A stretch of DNA of 31,371 nucleotides from a virus, in the IMG/VR virus record IMGVR_UViG_3300036943_000185, one strand, 5' to 3'. The position numbers were made by a program, and so were the translations under genes. Within the stretch, counting starts at the first letter, position 1. Each line of letters starts with the position of its first letter. The notes beneath the pieces were generated by a model. It saw nothing but the letters and a program-made list of their open reading frames with translations, ran no database searches and was not told the DNA's origin. Positions 8,630 to 16,394 of the stretch are shown here, one piece after another.

Positions 8630-9210
8630 TTACAATGGATGATGTAATGGAACAATTCTTTCAATACCAGATAAGAGATGCTAAGAGTTATGCTAAAGCA
8701 TCTGCATTCACACATTCCGGTAGCAAATATACACCATGTGAACTGTTCAGTCCATGTATACACACCGATTGTTTAAATGGACTACAAACATATGGTTTTG
8801 ACATTGATACAAGATTGAAAGTGATATTTATTGGGTATAAAAATAATCTATCAACAGAGAATGGGTACATGGATATTGATTCTGATTACTTTAACCAATA
8901 TCCATTTAAATCAATTAATAGAAATTCGTTTAAAATGGGTGATATTATTGGTAATCCATTGATAAAATTCACATACAATAACTGTATTGATTTTATGGTT
9001 AAGACTGGTTCATCTATATTTGAATTCGATGTGTATCACTCATTTGATGTGAGTAAAGTATTCAATAGTATTTACAACAACAGAACAAAGGTAACACTTG
9101 ATGTAATGAAAGAATTATGTTACAGAATGACAGATTTTGTAGTGTTGAGTAACATACTTGAGGATAAGATTACAGGTGCATATAACATACTTGATAACAT
9201 GGAGGATTAA
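8626..9210 (+). CDS. Hypothetical protein within the Ubl cassette
   Basis: 194 aa; overlaps the JAB stop (GTGA); alternative ATG at 8635. Confidence 0.7.
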   Translation: MITMDDVMEQFFQYQIRDAKSYAKASAFTHSGSKYTPCELFSPCIHTDCLNGLQTYGFDIDTRLKVIFIGYKNNLSTENGYMDIDSDYFNQYPFKSINRNSFKMGDIIGNPLIKFTYNNCIDFMVKTGSSIFEFDVYHSFDVSKVFNSIYNNRTKVTLDVMKELCYRMTDFVVLSNILEDKITGAYNILDNMED

Positions 9211-9524
9211 TGATGGTAGTTGAAATAAACAGTGTTGATATAGATATGTCGTATTCAAATAATGATATGGCTGAGTTTCAGAATAACTACTTAGGCAAAC
9301 GATGTATAGGTAAGATAGGTGGTAACCCATTCAGAACAGGTGAATTCAATAAACTTGTTGAAATAGAACCAACAGAGATGACATCTGATGGTAAGTTTGT
9401 TAAAGCACGAATAAATGATTGTTTGCCAACATGGTTGAATTATTATGGTACAAATAAGGGTGGATTACACACTATCTTTGGAGACCATGTTGGTCTGTTT
9501 CATATAATTGAAGAAATAAAATGA
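9210..9524 (+). CDS. Hypothetical protein within the Ubl cassette
   Basis: 104 aa; TAATG overlap with the upstream gene. Confidence 0.7.
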   Translation: MMVVEINSVDIDMSYSNNDMAEFQNNYLGKRCIGKIGGNPFRTGEFNKLVEIEPTEMTSDGKFVKARINDCLPTWLNYYGTNKGGLHTIFGDHVGLFHIIEEIK

Positions 9525-9533
9525 AGTGATAAC

Positions 9534-10211
9534 ATGACAAACATAGAATATACACGACAAATGGAATGGTTTAATCCAGATAAGTATAGTGATACGAATG
9601 TTGCAGTAGTTGGTTGTGGTGGCATAGGTTCATTTTTGGTACTATACCTTGCACAAATGGGTATTAAGAATATCACGGTATATGATGATGATAAAGTTGA
9701 AGCACATAACCTACCTAACCAGAACTTTGATTTGAGACATATTGGTATGTTTAAGGTATGTGCTATGCAAGAAATTGTGAGAGAACGTACTGGTATCAAA
9801 ATCAATGCAGTTAATAAACGTGTAGGTAAGGATACAAAGTTTGATTGTGATGTATTGATGTTAGGTACAGATACCATTAGCAGTAGGGAGATGTGTCTAC
9901 GTAATGCTAAAAGTAGTGATGTGAAATGTATTATCGATGGTAGATTAGGTGGTCAATACTACCAAGTGTTTACGGTTGATATGCATAATTCTGATGAAGT
10001 ATACAAGTATCAACAATACTTCTTCCCACAATCTGAACAGGAACAACCAAGATGTACAGCAAAAGCAATTATATATATTGCATTGGATATTACATCTGAT
10101 ATGATTAGACATATGAGAGCATGGTTAATGGATTATGAATATCCTATTGTATATGAAGTTAACAGAGAACATAATGAGATAACAGCAGATGGAAACGTAT
10201 TTGTGTATTGA
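9534..10211 (+). CDS. E1/ThiF-MoeB family ubiquitin-like activating adenylyltransferase
   Basis: VAVVGCGGIGS, YDDDKVEAHNLPNQ, FKV, LGTD and IDGRLGG motifs; candidate thioester Cys174 (QPRCTAK); no CxxC Zn pairs. Confidence 0.92.
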   Translation: MTNIEYTRQMEWFNPDKYSDTNVAVVGCGGIGSFLVLYLAQMGIKNITVYDDDKVEAHNLPNQNFDLRHIGMFKVCAMQEIVRERTGIKINAVNKRVGKDTKFDCDVLMLGTDTISSREMCLRNAKSSDVKCIIDGRLGGQYYQVFTVDMHNSDEVYKYQQYFFPQSEQEQPRCTAKAIIYIALDITSDMIRHMRAWLMDYEYPIVYEVNREHNEITADGNVFVY

Positions 10212-10222
10212 GGTGATGAATA

Positions 10223-10378
10223 ATGGGTAAAGATGTATATTTAGATAGTCAGACTATTAACATACTCAAAGACTATGGATGTGATGATGATGGATTTGGA
10301 TGTAACGATGCTATAAAACAAATGAAGCAAGAGTTAGATAATCTGAAAGACAATAGAGGATATTACACAAGTGCATAA
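10223..10378 (+). CDS. Small protein, possibly ribbon-helix-helix-like (51 aa)
   Basis: MGKDVYLDSQTINILKDYG...NDAIKQMKQEL; GAGGTGA RBS. Confidence 0.5.
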   Translation: MGKDVYLDSQTINILKDYGCDDDGFGCNDAIKQMKQELDNLKDNRGYYTSA

Positions 10379-10401
10379 ATATTTTACAATAGAGGTATAA
10401 T

Positions 10402-11280
10402 ATGAGATATAAATACATAAAGATGAATCATTTGGATGATTTTGTACATGTTGATGACCATTCGGTGTTTGAAATAACAGAAAAAGTCGATGGTGCAAAT
10501 ATGTCATTCATGCTGGATGACGATGGTAACATTGTTTTTAGAAGTAGGAATAGAGTTATTACCAATTGGGATGACAAAATGTTTAGAGATGCTATCGGAT
10601 ATGTTCTGAACAAAGTAAACATGGATAAGATGTCACCAAATGAAATTTACTTTGGTGAATGTATGGTCAAACACACAATTGATTATGGAACTGTGAATCC
10701 ATTTCTGGCATTTGGTGTATTTAATAAAACAACTGAACATTATATGCATGATTGGAGACAGATATTCAAAAAAATTGGCATAAATGAATGTGTTAATGAT
10801 ATAGGTAATGTTCCAGCAATCGATTTAAATATTGATTTTATTAAATCATTGGCTAATAACAAAAGTGCACATGGTACAATAGGTGTAAATATGGAAGGTA
10901 TTGTTTTAAAGGATTATGACACACAAACATTCCTTAAATATGTAACACCTAAATTTAAAGAGAAAAACAAAGAAGTTTTTGGTGATAACAACCAAAAAAT
11001 GACAACAAGTGAGAAGATTGTTTATAATTACGTAACCGATGCACGTATAAACAAATCAATTTATGGATTGATAGAAGATGGTGAATTTGATACATTCTGT
11101 ATGGAGATGATGACACAACTTCCTAAACGTGTAAATAGAGATATGTGGGAAGAATGTAGTTATGAGATAATAAGTAAGTATAGCAAAATAGATAATAAGG
11201 ATATACATAAATTAACTTCAAAGAAGTGTGCAAGTAGATTACAAGATTTTATTATCGAATGGAAACTCAATAATCTCTGA
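10402..11280 (+). CDS. ATP-dependent RNA ligase, Rnl2 family
   Basis: Motifs I (EKVDGAN), Ia (RSRN), III (YFGE), IIIa (FLAFGV), IV (EGIVLK) and V (LKYVTPKFKE), plus a C-terminal YVTDARI segment. Confidence 0.85.
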   Translation: MRYKYIKMNHLDDFVHVDDHSVFEITEKVDGANMSFMLDDDGNIVFRSRNRVITNWDDKMFRDAIGYVLNKVNMDKMSPNEIYFGECMVKHTIDYGTVNPFLAFGVFNKTTEHYMHDWRQIFKKIGINECVNDIGNVPAIDLNIDFIKSLANNKSAHGTIGVNMEGIVLKDYDTQTFLKYVTPKFKEKNKEVFGDNNQKMTTSEKIVYNYVTDARINKSIYGLIEDGEFDTFCMEMMTQLPKRVNRDMWEECSYEIISKYSKIDNKDIHKLTSKKCASRLQDFIIEWKLNNL

Positions 11281-11300
11281 GGATTGTTCAGAATCGATTG

Positions 11301-11364
11301 TGTGAAGACTTTGTGTGTTATAGGCACTATCAGTCGTGTAACATGCCAAAGTCTTCACAGTGAG
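11301..11364. repeat. 13-bp perfect inverted repeat; right arm duplicated at 29179-29196
   Basis: TGTGAAGACTTTG (11301-11313) / CAAAGTCTTCACA (11347-11359); 11347-11364 is the exact reverse complement of 29179-29196. Confidence 0.75.
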
Positions 11365-11393
11365 GCTATATGACGTTATTAGAGGTAATTAAT

Positions 11394-11675
11394 ATGAAAT
11401 TAATGACAATAAATAAAGATGATGACATTGATTTAATCAATCAGGCTAATATTTTAGATATACTGGTCAATAATGGGTATATTGATACAGATAAAAATAT
11501 AATAGAGCCGTTTGAAATACATGTTAAAAAACCAACGGAAAGAAAACAGAGATATTGCTATGACTGTGGTTATAAATTTAGTAAAGGTGAACGTTCAGTT
11601 CCAATGCTTAAATGCATTGGTGATAGATATATAGATATAAACTATTGTAAAGAATGTTATGAACAGTTGCATTAA
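11394..11675 (+). CDS. Zn-ribbon protein
   Basis: CYDC...CKEC; ATG 11394 follows GAGGTAA. Confidence 0.65.
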   Translation: MKLMTINKDDDIDLINQANILDILVNNGYIDTDKNIIEPFEIHVKKPTERKQRYCYDCGYKFSKGERSVPMLKCIGDRYIDINYCKECYEQLH

Positions 11676-11701
11676 CCAAAGACTTGGCAGAGGTAATTGA
11701 T

Positions 11702-12274
11702 ATGAAATTAGTGGATATGTTTAAAGAATGTGTACATGATGCAGAGATGCCATATGGAACTGTATTGCTGGTGAACGATAATAAACCGTATCACCAATTG
11801 GAGATATACAAATCTGAAACATGGAATGAAACCATAGTAATTCTATACATAGAAGAAAGGGGATGTATACCCAAATGTAGAACATTAAATCATAGGGGTA
11901 TACCAGATGAAGGACTGACACGCTATCAATTAAATGGCATACTTATGAGTATGGGTATTAGTATTGAAGATGTATCAGTTAAACTTGATAGATGTAGCGT
12001 AGATGAATATTATAAAGGAATATCCAGTTACGTATCTCCAAATAAATACATAGAACCTACATCAATTGTAACATACAGAGACCAAACATTCATTATTACA
12101 TATAATAATTTACGGTTGGTAATAATGAATGTTGATAATGGTGAATACACACAATATGACACTAAATGTTCAAACAATAGAATAACATATAGGCATCTGC
12201 AAACTTGGTTATGGGGCAAAGATGTTGATAAAATAGAGTATCACGGAACACTCAATGAATGGCTCGACAAGTGA
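11702..12274 (+). CDS. Hypothetical protein
   Basis: Track ORF; the RBS (GAGGTAA) favours ATG 11702. Confidence 0.7.
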   Translation: MKLVDMFKECVHDAEMPYGTVLLVNDNKPYHQLEIYKSETWNETIVILYIEERGCIPKCRTLNHRGIPDEGLTRYQLNGILMSMGISIEDVSVKLDRCSVDEYYKGISSYVSPNKYIEPTSIVTYRDQTFIITYNNLRLVIMNVDNGEYTQYDTKCSNNRITYRHLQTWLWGKDVDKIEYHGTLNEWLDK

Positions 12275-12447
12275 AAGGAAAGGGAAGGGGATTATAGGGG
12301 TTAGGTTAGGATAGTCAATATTAGTTTAAGATAGTTTAAATCTGATTAAGTCCAGACAGAACAAAGACAGACTAAGGCTATTATTGATAGTCTTAATGTA
12401 TCTTTGATTTGTTTAAGTCTTCTTAAGTCTGTCTGGACTAAGATAGT
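12275..12447. repeat. G-tract followed by an inverted pair of GTCCAGACAG motifs around an AT-rich spacer
   Basis: G-runs at 12277-12310; AGTCCAGACAGA 12349-12360 / TCTGTCTGGACT 12428-12439. Confidence 0.7.
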
Positions 12448-12461
12448 ATGGAGATAATACA

Positions 12462-12590
12462 ATGAATAACAAAGATAACCGAATGATAATTAATGAATGT
12501 GTAAGCGATATACAAAGAGTACTTGAATTAGATGACGATGTAGATAGATATATCTATGATAAAACTATTGAAATATTAAGAAGGTGTTAA
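12462..12590 (+). CDS. Small hypothetical protein (42 aa)
   Basis: MNNKDNRMIINECVSDIQRVLEL...; GGAG RBS. Confidence 0.45.
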   Translation: MNNKDNRMIINECVSDIQRVLELDDDVDRYIYDKTIEILRRC

Positions 12591-12592
12591 CA

Positions 12593-12742
12593 ATGAGTAA
12601 ACATAGTTATGAATGTATAATAGAAGTAGATGAAACAGTTGATGCTGATAATATTGACGAAGCAATCGAAAGTATTAAATTCATATTAGAAAATGAGTAT
12701 CCAAACCAAGCAGTGTTAAAGAGTATTAAAGAGTGTCCTTAA
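12593..12742 (+). CDS. Small acidic hypothetical protein (49 aa)
   Basis: MSKHSYECIIEVDETVDADNIDEAIESIKFIL...; AAGGTG RBS. Confidence 0.55.
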   Translation: MSKHSYECIIEVDETVDADNIDEAIESIKFILENEYPNQAVLKSIKECP

Positions 12743-12786
12743 GTCTGTCTGGACAAACGTTGTTTTAGGGTGTTCAGTGCCAAACA

Positions 12787-12877
12787 TTGACAGTACTACT
12801 CTACGTTATCATACTATAAATACCTATCGCTTAACGTGCACAAATTTCAGACGAAGTTAAGCGATAGGTTTAAATAG
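12787..12877. promoter_or_regulatory. Back-to-back divergent archaeal promoters
   Basis: 14-bp perfect inverted repeat ACCTATCGCTTAAC (12822-12835) / GTTAAGCGATAGGT (12856-12869), each arm followed outward by a TATA element (ATTTATA on minus, TTAAATA on plus). The plus-strand promoter precedes the tRNA. Confidence 0.65.
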
Positions 12878-12911
12878 TTTTGAAGCATTCTTGGAATTAC
12901 GTCAACAGAGC

Positions 12912-12994
12912 ATGGGTGTAGCAAAGTGGTCAAATGCGTATGGCTTAAGACCATATCTGGTAGCAGTTCATGGGTTCGACTCCCATCACCCATA
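12912..12994 (+). tRNA. trnL: tRNA-Leu(UAA), no encoded CCA, no intron
   Basis: Acceptor ATGGGTG/CACCCAT + discriminator A; D arm GCA..TGG..TGC; anticodon arm TATGG-CTTAAGA-CCATA; variable arm CTG-GTAG-CAG; T arm ATGGG-TTCGACT-CCCAT. Confidence 0.93.
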
Positions 12995-13037
12995 TTACAT
13001 GTATAAACATGCTTAATTATAAGGAAGTGTAAATAAA

Positions 13038-13280
13038 ATGACAGAAGAAGAAACCACAGTAGATGAATTGACTGAACAGTTAAACAAAATGATGGATGGA
13101 CAGGATGTCAATGACATCATTGAGAGTTGCTTAACTATGGTTGCTGCAACCATATTTTACTCATCACATACAAAAGAAGACGCAAAAGAAGCACTTATTC
13201 GAGTATGTAATGAAGTAACTGGATGGAACATTGATGCAGCATTTGAAAGCGTACATGGAGACGGTGAAAACGATGAGTGA
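13038..13280 (+). CDS. Hypothetical protein
   Basis: 80-aa acidic helical ORF directly after the tRNA. Confidence 0.7.
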   Translation: MTEEETTVDELTEQLNKMMDGQDVNDIIESCLTMVAATIFYSSHTKEDAKEALIRVCNEVTGWNIDAAFESVHGDGENDE

Positions 13281-13385
13281 ACAGAGAAATTCGATGTTTA
13301 AAGATAACTTGATATTGTATACCAGAAAAGTAGCAGTAATGAATTATACATTACACCAGAGAAACCAGTAAAGGAGATGAAATAA

Positions 13386-14042
13386 ATGAGTGTAGAAGAA
13401 TTTGATATGAGCAATGTACAGACAAGCAAACCACTTTCCGAAGATGAGAAACTTCCAATTGTGAAACTTGGTGTAAACCAACGTCTACGTAACATAACTA
13501 TTGATACATTTAGAACAGGTGTAAGCGAAATGTATGGTAGTTATCTCAACGTGTTCTTCACTGACATTGATGAACAGCAACAGAAAATTATGAGAGTATC
13601 TCTACCAGATGAAGAAGGTAAAAATACTGTATTCAACAAACAGTTCCTTGACACATTCACTTATCAGGATGATGAGACAGGTTACTTTATGTTGAAACAT
13701 CAGTTTGAAGGTGTACCAATATGGATGGGTAAAGGTCAGCCAGCAGGTAAACGTTATCATGTACTTGCATGGGGATATGAAGAACAACCAGAACAACCTA
13801 TGCCAGAAGATGCAGAACCAACGACACAGGCTAACGAGAACTCATCTATTGATGCTACTGTAAACTACTCTAACCAGCAGGGTACAGCAGGTTATTACTT
13901 GCAGAATGCATACAATGATGGTACTGATAAATTCATGGCTGCAAAGATACTCGTTGATAATCTTGGATATACAACCAACGATGCAATGAGTACAGTTGAA
14001 GAATATTATCAGGCAAGAGATAAGCAAGCAGGGAACAAATAA
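13386..14042 (+). CDS. Acidic protein, candidate ssDNA-binding (OB-like) protein
   Basis: Beta-rich N-terminal region with aromatic residues, acidic Q/P/E linker, located directly before the helicase; strong AAGGAG RBS. Function inferred from position only. Confidence 0.35.
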   Translation: MSVEEFDMSNVQTSKPLSEDEKLPIVKLGVNQRLRNITIDTFRTGVSEMYGSYLNVFFTDIDEQQQKIMRVSLPDEEGKNTVFNKQFLDTFTYQDDETGYFMLKHQFEGVPIWMGKGQPAGKRYHVLAWGYEEQPEQPMPEDAEPTTQANENSSIDATVNYSNQQGTAGYYLQNAYNDGTDKFMAAKILVDNLGYTTNDAMSTVEEYYQARDKQAGNK

Positions 14043-14077
14043 ACGTTCCCTTATTTTTTAATGGAATGAGGTGAAAC

Positions 14078-15571
14078 ATGACACGTGATTTTTGTGAAGA
14101 CATCATTGAGTATGGTAGGCATAATATCATAGGAAATGAGCAACAATTCCTTGCATTTGTATTATCAATGCTAACGTGTTTTGCACCTTCACCCAAAGAA
14201 TATGTATCTACATTTTTAGTAGGTGAAAGTAGTGGTGGTAAAACACATTTGCAACGTACTGGTTTATATTTGCTACCCAATGAATGTATATTTAATATCA
14301 CAAGTAGTTCAGATAAAGCACCAATATACTCAGAAGACTTACGTAACGATGACAAAATCAAGTTTATACAGTTTGCAGAATATCAGAAACTACCACCAGC
14401 AGTTATTGAGTTTCTAAAATCACTGTCTGGTGATGATGATGATTTTGTATATGAAGTAACTAATGCTTCAAAAGGTAACACTATGAGGATTGAACATAAG
14501 AAAAGACCTTATAGTGCTACGTATGCACAGGTTGAGATTGACCATGAACTTGAAAGTCGTGTATTTGTTATACCAATAATGGATAACTATACAATCAATC
14601 GTTGTGTAGCAGCAATCAAATTTGGTGCAGATGAAGTAGAGTATTTGGGTGTTAAATATAAGTTAGTACCAGATGAAGAACTTGAAGCACGTATTATGGA
14701 TAACATACATTCACTAATGCAATCTGAAATGGAAGTAACCATACCATTTGCAACGGCATTAGTTGATATTGTTAACCATAGCAAGTCAGTGAGTAAACGA
14801 CATAGCAGTTTAATATCATCGTTGATTAAGAGTTCATGTCGTGCTAACTGGATTAATCGTAAATCAGTCGATGGTAAACTCGTAGCAAATGCACAGGATG
14901 TAACAAACGTATTGATTATGTTTGATTTGTTACGTGCTACAATGATGTCGATAGATATTATTGACTTGACTATATTTAAAAAGTTAAGTAAAGAACCTAA
15001 CCAGAACGCTGAAAGTTTAATTAGATTCTTACAGAACATGGGTTTAGCAGAACTTACAAAAACTGAACTCAGTCGTAGGTTAGACAAACTGTACAACGAA
15101 AACTACATTAAATGTAAAGGTGGTGAATCAGGTAATCTATACAGTGGTAACGATAAGAAACAGATACTAAAGGTACGTGTAGATTGGGATGAGATTTACA
15201 AACATGACAGTAGTCCAGTTAGAAACGTAATTACTGGTAAAGAATACAGTAACATCATTGAGTTTGGTAAGGATGCTGAAGTAGAATATGAGATACGTGA
15301 GTGTACAGAGGATGTGTCTGAACATAAACAGGTCAATATTAAAGAAGCGACTATACGTGAACTTGTGATTGATTGTATAAGTAATTCTGATAACGGTGGT
15401 TTAAATACCAGTGAGATTGCTTATAGTATCTTAAACAATCCAGATAATCAGGATAAACTTGATGGTATAGATTATTACGGTATATCATTTGATATTATAC
15501 CAGCGATGGTAGATGATGGTATAATTTATTATGATGACCAGAACAAAGTATATAAATTATTTGCAAAATGA
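14078..15571 (+). CDS. AAA+ ATPase, MCM-like replicative helicase candidate with C-terminal wHTH-like segments
   Basis: Walker A GESSGGKT, variant Walker B FIQFAE, Arg-finger-like HELESR; adjacent to primase. Confidence 0.65.
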   Translation: MTRDFCEDIIEYGRHNIIGNEQQFLAFVLSMLTCFAPSPKEYVSTFLVGESSGGKTHLQRTGLYLLPNECIFNITSSSDKAPIYSEDLRNDDKIKFIQFAEYQKLPPAVIEFLKSLSGDDDDFVYEVTNASKGNTMRIEHKKRPYSATYAQVEIDHELESRVFVIPIMDNYTINRCVAAIKFGADEVEYLGVKYKLVPDEELEARIMDNIHSLMQSEMEVTIPFATALVDIVNHSKSVSKRHSSLISSLIKSSCRANWINRKSVDGKLVANAQDVTNVLIMFDLLRATMMSIDIIDLTIFKKLSKEPNQNAESLIRFLQNMGLAELTKTELSRRLDKLYNENYIKCKGGESGNLYSGNDKKQILKVRVDWDEIYKHDSSPVRNVITGKEYSNIIEFGKDAEVEYEIRECTEDVSEHKQVNIKEATIRELVIDCISNSDNGGLNTSEIAYSILNNPDNQDKLDGIDYYGISFDIIPAMVDDGIIYYDDQNKVYKLFAK

Positions 15572-15580
15572 GGTAACAAA

Positions 15581-15934
15581 ATGGTAGATGATGAATCTTT
15601 GATTTTACAGAATAATGCAGTGAATGCAGAAGTAACGCTTAAACAAGATGACAGTAAATTTAGGATTAACTATGATTATAATTACACAGCAGGTAACGAA
15701 GATTGTAGTTACTTGATGAAATGTATGATATTACCAGATGGTAGAATGATTGATGTACCGTGGGATAATATAAAGTACATTGAATATAAGATAAGCATAT
15801 CTGAATATGCAGATTATTGTAATGACATGTATATAAAAAATCATGCTAAAATACCTGACGATGAAGATTGTATGGAAGTAGTTGAGTTTAGTATAAACGA
15901 TACTAAATCATGTGATAGTAGTATGTATCAGTGA
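15581..15934 (+). CDS. Hypothetical protein
   Basis: 117 aa, GAGGTAA RBS. Confidence 0.7.
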   Translation: MVDDESLILQNNAVNAEVTLKQDDSKFRINYDYNYTAGNEDCSYLMKCMILPDGRMIDVPWDNIKYIEYKISISEYADYCNDMYIKNHAKIPDDEDCMEVVEFSINDTKSCDSSMYQ

Positions 15935-15943
15935 AGTGTTAAC

Positions 15944-16390
15944 ATGGGATACGGTGAGTCTGATGTAGTTGATGCGTTGAATAATTATTTTGATAGTAAT
16001 TGTATCAATGCATTATCATATCGACATAAACAGGGTAGGTTTACTGACCAATGGTGTGACATTAATGTTGATAGTAGTGATAACCGATGGTATCTTGCAT
16101 TAGAGATAAAAAGCAAACGTGGTAAACGTGCTTTGAATTTCAACAACGATTTCACTACCAACAAAGATGGTGTACACCAGTTACAGAGATTAATTGATTA
16201 TTCTATGTTAACAGGTAGAAATCCAATGATAATAGTCTTTTGTAGAATGGGTAGAGGTAGACCAAACCAGATTTATACATTCGATGCATTGGACTTATGG
16301 ACACTCTGGAATAGCGGTAGTAAATCACTTAAGGCTAAAGAATACGATGAATATAACATAAGTTATTTTGATGAGGTGGAGTTCAAGTGA
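15944..16390 (+). CDS. PD-(D/E)XK nuclease, Holliday junction resolvase (Hjc/RecU-like), paralog 1
   Basis: GESDV...CDINVD...LALEIKSK...HQLQRL. Confidence 0.75.
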   Translation: MGYGESDVVDALNNYFDSNCINALSYRHKQGRFTDQWCDINVDSSDNRWYLALEIKSKRGKRALNFNNDFTTNKDGVHQLQRLIDYSMLTGRNPMIIVFCRMGRGRPNQIYTFDALDLWTLWNSGSKSLKAKEYDEYNISYFDEVEFK

Positions 16391-16394
16391 TAGT

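Noticed and set aside
9534-10211. E1-like gene as an ordinary thiamine/molybdopterin biosynthesis ThiF/MoeB
   Set aside because: No ThiG, MoaE or rhodanese neighbours; an E2 with catalytic Cys and a JAMM protease are adjacent.
12750-12790. Minus-strand CCCTAAAACAACGTTTG, loosely recalling methanogen CRISPR repeats (possible solitary repeat / RNA anti-CRISPR)
   Set aside because: Single short AT-rich match from memory, no ATTGAAA(C/G) end and no repeat-spacer array. Only a search against host repeats could revive it.
13273-13385. Possible frameshifted small gene before the SSB candidate
   Set aside because: Two short overlapping frames with no motif support; cannot distinguish from a 32-aa ORF or non-coding DNA.
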